In this document: one piece after another, positions 35,383-44,728 of the stretch
Position numbering within the stretch: position 1 is the first letter of the stretch
Layout of the letters: each line of letters opens with the position of its first letter
Made by a program: the position numbers and the translations under genes
The notes under the pieces: model-generated
Databases searched by the model: none
The model's input: the letters and a program-made list of their open reading frames with translations, nothing else
Told to the model about the DNA's origin: nothing
Origin: a virus
Taxonomy: Duplodnaviria > Heunggongvirae > Uroviricota > Caudoviricetes
Length of the DNA: 64,000 nucleotides
Direction: 5' to 3' (one strand)
IMG/VR virus record: IMGVR_UViG_3300008107_000202

Positions 35383-35889
35383 ATGGGATTCCTCTTCGAA
35401 ACTAAGTCGTGCAGCCGTTGTGGTGGTTCTGGTCGCTATAGCTTCAACCTGATGAACGGTGATCGATGCTTCGGTTGCGGCGGCACTGGTCTGCAGCACA
35501 CCAAGCGTGGTTCTGCTGCCCGTGCGTTCTTCCACAAAAGTCTGGAAAAGCCGCTGAGTGAAGTCAAGGTTGGTGATTACATCCTCTTCGACACTTCCAT
35601 GTTCGGTGGCCCTGAACGTTGGTGCAAGGTGGAAGCAATTGAAGCCGGTCAGTCTCCCTACATCATCAATGGTGTACGTGACGAGTCGATTCGCTACAGT
35701 CTGAAGCTGAGCCGCAAGGGCAAGGAAGTCTGCGGATGGAGTGGTCTTGCGTTGGATCACATGTTGAAGTCCGTCAAAAATGATGAAGAATTGAATGCTC
35801 GCAAGGCTGCTGCTATTGCCTACCAGGGCACGTTGAGTGAAAAGACTGGTAAGCCTGTGAAACAAAAAGTCCAGGCGATTTCCGAGTAA
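35383..35889 (+). CDS. Zn-ribbon protein
   Basis: CSRCGGSGRY..CFGCGGTG. Confidence 0.4.
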   Translation: MGFLFETKSCSRCGGSGRYSFNLMNGDRCFGCGGTGLQHTKRGSAARAFFHKSLEKPLSEVKVGDYILFDTSMFGGPERWCKVEAIEAGQSPYIINGVRDESIRYSLKLSRKGKEVCGWSGLALDHMLKSVKNDEELNARKAAAIAYQGTLSEKTGKPVKQKVQAISE

Positions 35890-35937
35890 TTTTGTCGGGA
35901 TTTGCAGAAGTCTTCAGAACTAGTGTATACTGCGTTT

Positions 35938-36139
35938 GTTGAGTCGTTCTTCTAGTGGCCCAGGAAATGTTCCCGTCTTGTGGACAGAACGCAGGTTCGA
36001 ATCCTGCACGACTCGACACCTTAACTTAGTTCCTAGTTTAACGGCCAAAAACGAAGCCTCTATCCCGTTCGATTCGGGTAATCTGCATGATGGTCGCAGG
36101 GGTTGTATCCAAGGTTCGATTCCTTGGGGAACTAAGTTA
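35938..36139 (+). ncRNA. Structured tRNA-like RNA driven by B-type promoter copy 2: element 1 (35938-36011) with acceptor GAGTCGT/ACGACTC and T-arm GCAGG-TTCGAAT-CCTGC; element 2 (36018-36139) closed by a perfect 15-bp stem and containing two T-arm mimics
   Basis: Stems and T-loops read directly. No plausible ORF, so the overlapping table ORFs were rejected. Confidence 0.35.
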
Positions 36140-36161
36140 AGGTAATCAACAGGAGAACACA

Positions 36162-36782
36162 TTGGAAAAAATCGTTGACATTCTCGGGCAAGAAATCAAA
36201 GTTGGTGATGTAGTTGTTGCCACAAACCAAAGCACGATCTACAATCAAGTTCACGTTGTGACTCGTCTTGGTTCTGCTGACAAAATTCAAGTCAACGGGT
36301 CAAGCTATGCTAAGGCTGTGTACCTGATGGTCATCAATGAACAATACAAGATTGCCAAGGGTGAAGAAAAATTCGACGCTCTGCGCATGCAACATGAAGA
36401 GTACATGAACGAAGAACGTGTGGTCAAAAAGCCGCATACCCCTCGCTTCCTTGTTCTGCGATATGCTGATTACCCTCGCAATGTGAACGGTAAATACACC
36501 GTTGATCAGTGTCCGGTCTTTTACGTGATAGGTACCTGCGCAACAATTCAGGATACAGTCAAGAAAATCAACGATATTACCAAGGATTGCAGTAAGGGTG
36601 AATACTTCGAACGTAAGAATCTGAAACCCAAGAACATGCAGTTTAGTTATTCGGACTTCAGCAAGGACTTCAGTCGAAAGGCTCTCGTTGAGATTGACAT
36701 GGACCTTGAATTGTGGGTTGATCAACGTGTGAGTGAAGACTCTGAAACATACAAAAAGCTTCTGACGCTGCAAAACCGATAA
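36162..36782 (+). CDS. hypothetical protein
   Basis: ORF only. Confidence 0.4.
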   Translation: MEKIVDILGQEIKVGDVVVATNQSTIYNQVHVVTRLGSADKIQVNGSSYAKAVYLMVINEQYKIAKGEEKFDALRMQHEEYMNEERVVKKPHTPRFLVLRYADYPRNVNGKYTVDQCPVFYVIGTCATIQDTVKKINDITKDCSKGEYFERKNLKPKNMQFSYSDFSKDFSRKALVEIDMDLELWVDQRVSEDSETYKKLLTLQNR

Positions 36783-36862
36783 CCCTACATTTTTGTCGGG
36801 ATTTGCAGAAGTCTCAGGAACTGGTGTACAATGCGTTTATCGCATCGCAAACAGGAGATTGA

Positions 36863-37357
36863 TTGATGGCTCGCACTCGTACTGTTGTTCGCCCCCTCTG
36901 TGCTGGTGAAGAGGCAATGCAAGGTCGTGAAAGCATGCAAGAAACGAAGGATTGCATCGTTCGTGCAATCACGAATGCTGCCTGCGGTGAGTACACCTAC
37001 GAAGAAGTTCACGCTGTTTGCCGCCAGCATGGTCGTGTGAACAACCAAGGTATGACTGCTGACATGTATTTCCCTCTGCTTGTCAAGCTTGGTTTCGAAC
37101 TGAAGTTCGTTTGTGGCACCACCAATGCTGCAATGTATGCAGATCGTGTTGCCAAGGAAATGCAACTGCAGTATCGTCGCGTCAAGGGTGTTACTCTTGA
37201 GCGTGCTCGCTGTGGTCTTGGTAAGGGTTCATTCTTCGTTGCTATCATCGGACATGCTACGTGTGTCGTGAACGGTAACATCTACGATAGGGGCGCGATG
37301 AAGGGTGGTTGCAGTGTCACTCATGTGTGGAAGTTCAAAGGTAAGCCGCAAACTTGA
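36863..37357 (+). CDS. hypothetical protein
   Basis: ORF only. Confidence 0.4.
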   Translation: MMARTRTVVRPLCAGEEAMQGRESMQETKDCIVRAITNAACGEYTYEEVHAVCRQHGRVNNQGMTADMYFPLLVKLGFELKFVCGTTNAAMYADRVAKEMQLQYRRVKGVTLERARCGLGKGSFFVAIIGHATCVVNGNIYDRGAMKGGCSVTHVWKFKGKPQT

Positions 37358-37434
37358 GTAATTCTGTCGGGATTTGCAGAAGTCTCAGGAACTGGTGTAT
37401 ACTGCGTCTATCGCAACGCACATAGGAGAAAACA

Positions 37435-37860
37435 ATGGCTTGGTTCAGCAAAGAAAACATGCAGTCGAAGCGCCCCCTGGTCAATGCTGTACTCAAGAAG
37501 TACGACATGAAAGGCACGCTCAGCGGTACGAACACTTCAGGTGTCACGCTCACGATTACCGAAGGTCCGCTGAATTTCATGGAAAATTGCGCGCATAAGA
37601 TGGAAAACGACGCGCATGGTCGTCCTGCGAACGCTGTGACGCCTGATGAAATTCGTGCTCGCAAGTACATGGATGTGAACCGGTACTGGTACCATGAGCA
37701 TTTCGACGGTCAGTGTCTGGAATTCCTCAAGAAAATCATGCAAGTGCTCGACGATGGTAACCACGACAACAGTGATCCAATGACGGATTACTTTGATGTG
37801 GGTTGGTATGTGTACGTCAAGATTGGCAAGTGGGAGAAACCCTATGTTCTTCGAAAGTAA
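37435..37860 (+). CDS. hypothetical protein
   Basis: ORF only. Confidence 0.4.
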   Translation: MAWFSKENMQSKRPLVNAVLKKYDMKGTLSGTNTSGVTLTITEGPLNFMENCAHKMENDAHGRPANAVTPDEIRARKYMDVNRYWYHEHFDGQCLEFLKKIMQVLDDGNHDNSDPMTDYFDVGWYVYVKIGKWEKPYVLRK

Positions 37861-38461
37861 AAAACCCTTGCGGGTGCTGGTAGCATGTGAGACTTCTGGC
37901 ACCGTTCGTAATGCCTTCGCTAGTCGAGGGCATTCTGTCATGTCAGTTGACCTACTGCCTGCATCCGATGGTGTACAATCCGGCATCCATGTCGTTTGTG
38001 ATGTGTTGGAATTCATCAAGTGGAATGGTTACAAGTTCGACCTGATGATTGCGCATCCTCCATGCACTCACCTAGCTGTGTCGGGTGCTCGGTGGTTCAA
38101 GGATAAGCAGGAAGAGCAAAAGAATGCTGTAGACTTTTTCCTGAAGCTTACACAGGTGCAGATACCCGCATGGTGCATTGAGAATCCTGTATCGGTCATG
38201 TCAACGCACTATCGCAAGCCTGATCAACGCATTCAACCCTGGCAACACGGGCATCAGATGCAGAAGACCACATGCCTTTGGTTAAAGAATCTCCCTCTGT
38301 TGCAGCCTACAAACGTTGTTGACAAGGGTGAGTTTCATGTGACAAAATCAGGCAGGCGAATTCCTGCTTGGTACAATCTACCTGAGCGAAAGTCCAGATG
38401 GCAAGAGCGCAGCAAGACGTTCGAAGGGGTGGCACAGGCTATGGCTGTACAGTGGGGGTGA
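37844..38461 (+). CDS. short C5-cytosine methyltransferase-like protein (motifs I-like ACETSGT, IV PPC, VI ENP); lacks a target-recognition domain
   Basis: AHPPCTHLAVSG; WCIENPVS. Confidence 0.4.
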   Translation: MFFESKKPLRVLVACETSGTVRNAFASRGHSVMSVDLLPASDGVQSGIHVVCDVLEFIKWNGYKFDLMIAHPPCTHLAVSGARWFKDKQEEQKNAVDFFLKLTQVQIPAWCIENPVSVMSTHYRKPDQRIQPWQHGHQMQKTTCLWLKNLPLLQPTNVVDKGEFHVTKSGRRIPAWYNLPERKSRWQERSKTFEGVAQAMAVQWG

Positions 38462-39480
38462 TCAAAAACCCATAGGGCTAAAGTTGACTAAAAAACCCTT
38501 GGGGGGTGCTTGACAAAATGCATCCCTGGTGGTGGTTAACCTGGGCCAGATTCGGCGGCCAGCGTTCCGCATGGTGAGAAGCCGTTTCATGATGCGAAAA
38601 GCACGCCGAAGCCCGGGATTCCACAATGTAGAACGTAACACCACGATATGAAACGCTGACTAGCATAAAATCAATCCCTTGTCAAACGTAGGGTCTTTTC
38701 ATATGGTGAAATCCATATAGCACGGAATGTAAACCCCTGTCAAGCGCAGGGGCTTTTCGCATTGTGAAACGTCCAGGCGGCAGCGTGACTAAGCAGTCAC
38801 AGACAAAACCGAAGAGTCACAAAGTATACTGGCACGGATTCTGCTAGTAGCAAACCGCATGCCAGCTTTTGCATACCCCCTACGGGTACCCCTATATACC
38901 CCCGTGGGGTACCCCCTCAATTTACCTAGGGCAGCGCATACCCTACCCCCTATTTTTTACAGATACCCTAGAGGGGGTCGATCTTTTTTTGCCAAGGGTA
39001 GGACAAGGGAAAGCAGGAAAACGGCGCCAAAGCCCGATTAGACCCATCCGTGGGCATTCTCACGATATGAAACGGTCTGACAATCGACTATCTACAGGTT
39101 ATCCACAGAATGCAGGCATGAGACTTGCTAAAGAATCTGCATTAACCCTGCAATTGCGTAGGGTATTGTTTACATGCTAGAATTCTATACGGTCAGAGCA
39201 AATGTCGTATTTATACAACAAACGCGCAGGCTCCACGTCCACCCCAGTCGCTTTCGAATAGAACGATTGTACTACAGAATCCAGGCGCACAAGCAATACC
39301 CGACAAAAACACAGGGACAAATAAAACGCTTGACAGTCCAGGCGGAAACGTAGTAATCGCATGCGCCAGCGTCTAGATGAACAGCACCAGGGAACCTAGG
39401 GTTTACACCTATTCCCTTACAGTTGACAAGGTTATTGTTCGGGTTCACAATAGACCCATCGAATCAAGAAACGGATACAG
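38462..39480. repeat. ~1-kb non-coding region rich in short direct repeats (CACGATATGAAACG x2, GTCCAGGCGG x2, TACCCCC x4) and hairpins (CCCCTG-N7-CAGGGG + CTTTTC)
   Basis: No ORF with an RBS. Repeats read directly. Confidence 0.5.
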
Positions 39481-39664
39481 AGATGCACCCCGACTATCTG
39501 CTTTTCCTAGTGCCCGTGGCTCTGATTTGTGGCATCATCGCCATCGATTTGATTAACAGGTAAGTTTTGCATATCCCCTAAACAGGGGGTTGCATCGATA
39601 AGGGTTCACTGACAGAATCCTAATCAATGCAGCAACAGTGCCGCAGAAACCGAAAGGGTTAATC

Positions 39665-39799
39665 ATGTTTGAAGTGACAATTGTTTGGGAGGGTGAATTC
39701 TTCGCCCATGAAGCCACCACGGAAACCGAAGCGCGGGAATGGCTCGCGCAGTATCCGAATGGCGCACAATGTCGCGGCAGAATCTGGCGCTTGTGGTAA
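39665..39799 (+). CDS. small protein (44 aa) in the GC-rich island
   Basis: RBS-like AAAGGG plus ATG. Confidence 0.3.
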   Translation: MFEVTIVWEGEFFAHEATTETEAREWLAQYPNGAQCRGRIWRLW

Positions 39800-39872
39800 T
39801 GTAGCGGATAGCCCCTAGCAGTGGGGGCTATACGATGCAAACCCGCATCAGTCAACCATAGGACAATGAACC

Positions 39873-40037
39873 ATGTTCAATAAGCCGGACCCTCTCGCAC
39901 TCCGTGACGTAATCGACCGGGAGAACACCCGCAAACGCGACGAAGCAGGGCAGCGCCGCAAGGCACAATCCGCATTCCGCAAGGCCCGCAAGGCGCACAG
40001 CCGCAACAGCGTTTGCGCTTTCGTCAACGCCGACTGA
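39873..40037 (+). CDS. small basic protein (54 aa); preferred over the antisense ORF 39848..40048
   Basis: ATG with upstream AGGACAA. Confidence 0.3.
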   Translation: MFNKPDPLALRDVIDRENTRKRDEAGQRRKAQSAFRKARKAHSRNSVCAFVNAD

Positions 40038-40062
40038 TCAACCAGCACAAGGAGTTAGAACC

Positions 40063-40317
40063 ATGTTTCAACGTTTCACCAGTACCCGTCTGATTTCCAC
40101 CGATGCCGAGTGCCAGGGCATGCGCCCGGGTCAGTGGGTGACCCTCACGAGCGGCGCCCGGGGTCAGTATCTGGGAACGACCCGCGCGGGTGTTACCGTC
40201 ATTCGTTGGCAGTCCGGCCGCTTCGCCAGCACCAGCAGCGGCGGAACGACCCCGCAGGATGACGCCCGCAACAATCGCCCGCTTCGTCAGTACGCCAAGC
40301 GATACGGGGCCAAGTGA
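40063..40317 (+). CDS. hypothetical protein (GC-rich island)
   Basis: ORF with GC-rich codon usage. Confidence 0.4.
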   Translation: MFQRFTSTRLISTDAECQGMRPGQWVTLTSGARGQYLGTTRAGVTVIRWQSGRFASTSSGGTTPQDDARNNRPLRQYAKRYGAK

Positions 40318-40464
40318 TGCGAGCAGCCCTTAACGTGGTTTGCATTCTCGCGGCCTATACGTGGGCCATCCTGACCGGTAACACCTGACCGGGTGAACCC
40401 GTCAAGCCTCCGCCATCATGGGGGCTTAGGGGTGCATCCTCGCACTACAACCGGAGCCGCTAGC

Positions 40465-40773
40465 ATGGCTGCAATTTCAACCCGCTACATACCCCCGACG
40501 AACACCAAACCCGCCCGCGTCAAAGCATGGCGAACGGGGCACAAGGAAGGCCCATCGGTGACCGTGGACTTTCACGGTGATGCAACTCTCCCGGGTGAAC
40601 CCGTGCAATGCCCGCATGCCCGCGCAGCATGGCGCCTCGTGCTGAAGCTTGACCCGTGGTTTCATGGTCGGCCGTGGTTTCTCGCAGCTTCCACCGACGA
40701 CCAGCGCGGGTATCTGTTCGCAGTCAACGCAGCAGGCAGCGCCACGGAATTCATTGTTCCCCCTCAAGCCTGA
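40465..40773 (+). CDS. hypothetical protein (GC-rich island)
   Basis: ORF with an internal ATG start. Confidence 0.4.
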   Translation: MAAISTRYIPPTNTKPARVKAWRTGHKEGPSVTVDFHGDATLPGEPVQCPHARAAWRLVLKLDPWFHGRPWFLAASTDDQRGYLFAVNAAGSATEFIVPPQA

Positions 40774-40788
40774 AGGAAACCCGACACC

Positions 40789-41583
40789 ATGCACAAGAAT
40801 CTGACCCCCGGTCAACTTCCCGCGAAACCTTACCGCTTCGTTAGGGTCAGTAGCAACCGCAAAACAGGGCCGATCCCGGTAACGTCAACCGCTGCACAGT
40901 CCTGTCCCATGGCATGCCCGATGCGAACCGATGCGGTCGGCGGATGCTATGCCGCCAGCGGGAACAGCGCGATCCATTGGCGGGCACTGTCCGAAGGCCG
41001 GGCCGCTACTGCCCTGGACTTGCAAGGGTTGACCGATGCAATCCGGGCTTTGCCCCGGGGTCAACTGTGGCGGATGAACGAGGCAGGCGACCTGCCCACC
41101 ACGGACGGCCGCAGCATCGATGCCGATTCACTGCGGGCCATCGTTGACGCCAACCGGGGCCGGCGCGGGTTCACCTACACGCACCATGACCCGATGGCCA
41201 GTAGCGGCCCGGGTTCACTCACCAATGCAGCATTCATCGATGCCGCGAACGTGCAAGGGTTCACCGTGAACCTATCCGCGAACAATCCAGCCCATGCCGA
41301 TGCCCTCGCATCCCTCGGGATTGGTGCGCCCGTGGTGACACTCATGGAGCCGGGTGCATGGAAGGGCAAGCACTTCGCCAGCACTCCCGCAGGCAGGCAC
41401 ATCGTGCAGTGTCCCGCAGAGTATGCCGAGGGCATGACTTGCGCACAGTGTGAACTCTGCGCCAATCGTGAACGCCGCTCGATTGTCGGGTTTACGGCAC
41501 ACGGCAGCAGTAAGCGCCGGGTTATCGGGATTGTGAATGCTGGCAGTGTGAAGCGCCAGGATGCACGCCAGGGGGTTGTTTGA
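40789..41583 (+). CDS. hypothetical Cys-rich protein (CPMACPM..GGC ; CPAEY..CAQCELC), GC-rich island
   Basis: ORF only. Confidence 0.45.
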   Translation: MHKNLTPGQLPAKPYRFVRVSSNRKTGPIPVTSTAAQSCPMACPMRTDAVGGCYAASGNSAIHWRALSEGRAATALDLQGLTDAIRALPRGQLWRMNEAGDLPTTDGRSIDADSLRAIVDANRGRRGFTYTHHDPMASSGPGSLTNAAFIDAANVQGFTVNLSANNPAHADALASLGIGAPVVTLMEPGAWKGKHFASTPAGRHIVQCPAEYAEGMTCAQCELCANRERRSIVGFTAHGSSKRRVIGIVNAGSVKRQDARQGVV

Positions 41584-41735
41584 TGTTTGACACCAAACAT
41601 GCCGCCGCCGTCACGCTGCTAGTAATCGGGGCCGCCCTACTCTGGATCATCCCCACAATCGCCGCTTGGTTCATCCGACGCTATCCACCCGGTAACCCGC
41701 AGCAACCGCCGCCAACTGACCCGCCCGCATCGTAG
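41583..41735 (+). CDS. small membrane protein (50 aa), ATGA-coupled
   Basis: One TM segment plus Pro-rich tail; followed by hairpin GCCCCAGG..CCCGGGGC. Confidence 0.35.
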   Translation: MFDTKHAAAVTLLVIGAALLWIIPTIAAWFIRRYPPGNPQQPPPTDPPAS

Positions 41736-42287
41736 CGAGCAGCATAAGCCCCAGGTATCACGCCCGGGGCTTAGTCGTTTGAATTGTCGTCGGATAATGC
41801 CTAGGGTGACAATTGCCGCTTCGCCTGGACTATAGCCCGAGCCTATCACCGCCTGGATACCGATAGAGTGTAACTATCGCGCGCCCTCGCTATCGCTCGG
41901 GTGTCGCTTCGCTCCTATCGTGTCAGTGGATGCTGTCGCTTTGCTGTCGGATGATGCTGTCGGTGTCACCACCCGGTGACTATCTAGATGGACGATGGGT
42001 TTTCTGTCCGTGGATATTTGCGAATTGCTGGAGGGTATGGTGGAGGGTGGTAGGCTGCGCATCAAGCACATTCTCCAAACTGCTGGTTAATCGACCCAAC
42101 GGTCGGGTAATACACCAGTGTTACTATGATATTTTCTGTGCGGTTTATCCGTTTATAGATACATGTACTTATTTCTATAGGATATTTTGGTAAGCAAAGT
42201 CACTCAGGTACTACCCCGTCTCTTCAAACGCTAGGAATAATTTATAAGAATTACTATCAGCTATCCTAGCAGAGTCATCAGACAAAG

Positions 42288-42316
42288 AAAAAACCCCCAG
42301 GAGTTAACCAGGGGGT
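42288..42316 (-). terminator. Terminator for the leftward ClpP/PhoH operon (CCCCCAGG-N6-CCAGGGGG preceded by A-run on plus, which is a T-run on minus)
   Basis: Hairpin plus T-run on the minus strand. Confidence 0.45.
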
Positions 42317-42368
42317 CTATGTGGTGTAGTGTTATAACTCAGGTTATAACGTTGCTTTTATACAACAC

Positions 42369-43007
42369 TTATTCTTTCTTACGTGCTGCTCTTTTTGCAG
42401 CAACTGACGCTTTCTTAGCAGCAGCTTGTTGGATTTCGTGTCGCTTCTCCAGTCGAGCTTTGACCTCTTCGGTATCGAACCAGTAGTCTTGACCGATCTT
42501 CAGTTTCTGAATTTCTTCTTCAGTCAGGAAGTTCTTGTAGGCTTCAAGCATGATCTTTTCAGTATGCTTTCGCATGAACTCTACGTTCGATACTACGTCA
42601 CCGACTTTACCTCCTGCACCGAAACTGGCATTGTGCAGCATCATGGTTGCACGCTCACCAACCACTAGCTTAGGAGCAGTCAAGGCAATAATCGAAGCTG
42701 CACTAGCTGCCATACCTGTGACGATTACAGTAATGTCACCTTGGGTATTCTGGATAGCATCAATGATATCGAGCATACTGTCTACTCTTCCACCTTCGCA
42801 GTTAACCCAGATTCGCATCTGATCGTGCTTTTCCATACTACGGATGAAATGCAGCATCTGTCTGTACTTAACAGGAGGACCAATTGGTTCATCCAGATAC
42901 ACATCAACGTCGTTAACCTTGAAGGGATCATTGAACATCGTAAGGTTATACGGCTCTGCCGTATCAGGGTCACTCTCATCGAGCTTTCGTTTGATTTCTG
43001 TTGTCAT
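42369..43007 (-). CDS. ClpP-like serine protease (S14 family)
   Basis: TGMAASAASIIA around the catalytic Ser; His/Asp downstream. Confidence 0.65.
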   Translation of the reverse strand: MTTEIKRKLDESDPDTAEPYNLTMFNDPFKVNDVDVYLDEPIGPPVKYRQMLHFIRSMEKHDQMRIWVNCEGGRVDSMLDIIDAIQNTQGDITVIVTGMAASAASIIALTAPKLVVGERATMMLHNASFGAGGKVGDVVSNVEFMRKHTEKIMLEAYKNFLTEEEIQKLKIGQDYWFDTEEVKARLEKRHEIQQAAAKKASVAAKRAARKKE

Positions 43008-43016
43008 ATAGCTCCT

Positions 43017-43748
43017 TTAAGAATAAGCTCTGATTACTCGTTTTACTAGATCGCTTCTCTGTACGTCTTCTACATCGAATCCTTGATACTCAATACCTTC
43101 GTACTTAGGTACAAACCCGGCATCGAAGAACCGAGGGATTGCATCCAGTAGAGCATTACGACCTCTAGCGTCAACGTATAGCTGAGTGTTGTCACCCATT
43201 ACTACCACCTTGGAATTAACACCTGTACGCTCAAGCAGAAGCTTTAGGATGAGTGGAGGAAGTTGTTGTGCTTCATCAATCAGGATAAGACTGTTGTCGA
43301 AGGTTGCTCCCAAGCAGAAGTTAGGAATCTTGAATTGAATACGATGATCTAGGTCTGTCTCGACTTTACCCTTAGTCAGCAGCATTTCAAGTAAACTCTT
43401 GGTGCTAGCGAAGTGCGGTTCAGTCTTCTCCATCAATCCATCAGGTAGTGCTCCAATCTTATCCATACCGGCTTCAACTGGTGTGCGAATCACGATGATA
43501 CGAAGGCTGTGATCCTGCAAGTACAGCTTGCTAAACGTGTGCAAAGCTGCTAGAGTCTTGCCTGTACCTGCTGGTCCGACACAGAACACAAGGTCGTTTA
43601 AGAGAATCTTATCAGCGAATCTCTTTTGTTCTGTTGTCAGAGTGATATTGTTCAACCCAAAGCTTTCTGTCCACTGAGGCTTGGAAGCCTTGACTACCCG
43701 ACCTTCGGTAGTCTTTACTCGTCTGGTCGCTTTAGGAAGCTGCTTCAT
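43017..43748 (-). CDS. phoH: PhoH-like ATPase
   Basis: Walker A VFCVGPAGTGKTLAA and PhoH architecture. Confidence 0.85.
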   Translation of the reverse strand: MKQLPKATRRVKTTEGRVVKASKPQWTESFGLNNITLTTEQKRFADKILLNDLVFCVGPAGTGKTLAALHTFSKLYLQDHSLRIIVIRTPVEAGMDKIGALPDGLMEKTEPHFASTKSLLEMLLTKGKVETDLDHRIQFKIPNFCLGATFDNSLILIDEAQQLPPLILKLLLERTGVNSKVVVMGDNTQLYVDARGRNALLDAIPRFFDAGFVPKYEGIEYQGFDVEDVQRSDLVKRVIRAYS

Positions 43749-44041
43749 TCAGCAGCACCTGACTTTCTGCTAACTTTAGGTACTTTTGGTTCAGAAGAAG
43801 GCTTGTCTTGTACTTTTTCTTCAACTTGTGGTTTTTCTACAACAAGTTCAGTAGGAAGAACTTCACTCTCAGGAGTAGCAATCATGTAAGCAACAAACAT
43901 TGTTCCATAGCTCATTGGTGCTCTAACGTTACTAGTCAGATCGATTTCATAACCCTGCTTGATGAGTTCTTGAATCTTAGAGCAGAAAGCAAAAAGACCA
44001 TACTCATTAACTTCAATTACTTCTTGTTTGTTGTTGAACAT
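43745..44041 (-). CDS. hypothetical protein
   Basis: ORF only. Confidence 0.4.
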   Translation of the reverse strand: MFNNKQEVIEVNEYGLFAFCSKIQELIKQGYEIDLTSNVRAPMSYGTMFVAYMIATPESEVLPTELVVEKPQVEEKVQDKPSSEPKVPKVSRKSGAAE

Positions 44042-44187
44042 AAGTTACTCCTATGAAAGTTAAGATTATTCCGAATCCACTGATTCGTTACATCTATTAT
44101 ACCACAAACTAGGGATAAGTCAACCTGTGATAATTTATAGGTAATAAGCGATATTGCATTATTATCGGTTTAGGATGATACAGACGT

Positions 44188-44210
44188 AAAAAAACCCGCG
44201 CGAGGCGGGC
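44188..44210 (-). terminator. Strong minus-strand Rho-independent terminator (GCCCGCCTCGCGCGGG + TTTTTTT)
   Basis: Read directly. Confidence 0.55.
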
Positions 44211-44728
44211 ATGGTAGCGTTCAGCAACGCTGTCGGTATAGCTGTCAGCACATAGGTCGGTATAACGGGCATAGTAGCTGTCAGCAGTGATAGGTATGGA
44301 TGAAGATCACTCGCTTGCTCACTGACCATTCGTATATAGGTCATAATACCATACGTAGTGTTGTATTTCAACAACATCATTGTAGGTAACGGACGGTACG
44401 ACTTTTAGGCAAACCAACCAAAAAAGATGGACTCTCGTCCTTCGGTCAGTTGCACTAAAAGTCGGTCGTTACTTTGGAGCAAAACAGCCGTAGCTGTCAT
44501 CATTGTGAGGTGCCCGCATTCTCATTCAACCATCAACCAGGGGAGTGATCCAACCGCTTGATGACCTTTTAGCCTAGAGAATATCTCTGCTACCGTCAAG
44601 TGCAGAGAAACGATTCGGCAGGGATTATCCGTCAATGTCCAGACGCTCGGTGCTTACGCTTGGTCAGGCAAGACTTGGTGAATGCCCACTCAGGTGCCGT
44701 CTCCACGACACACTAGACCCCGAGGTTA

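Noticed and set aside
35936-36162. ORFs 35936..36145(+), 35813..36019(-) and 35920..36162(-)
   Set aside because: The region is dominated by tRNA-like stems and T-loops and lacks any RBS or start context; it is better explained as structured RNA.
29081-37436. Possibility that the repeated cassettes are a CRISPR array or tandem repeat element
   Set aside because: Copies are 600-1500 bp apart, contain -35/-10 hexamers and an SD, and each precedes a gene. They are promoters, not CRISPR repeats.
39553-40048. Minus-strand ORFs 39553..39855 and 39848..40048
   Set aside because: Plus-strand small ORFs with RBS-like sequences occupy the same DNA. The GC-rich sequence inflates antisense ORFs.
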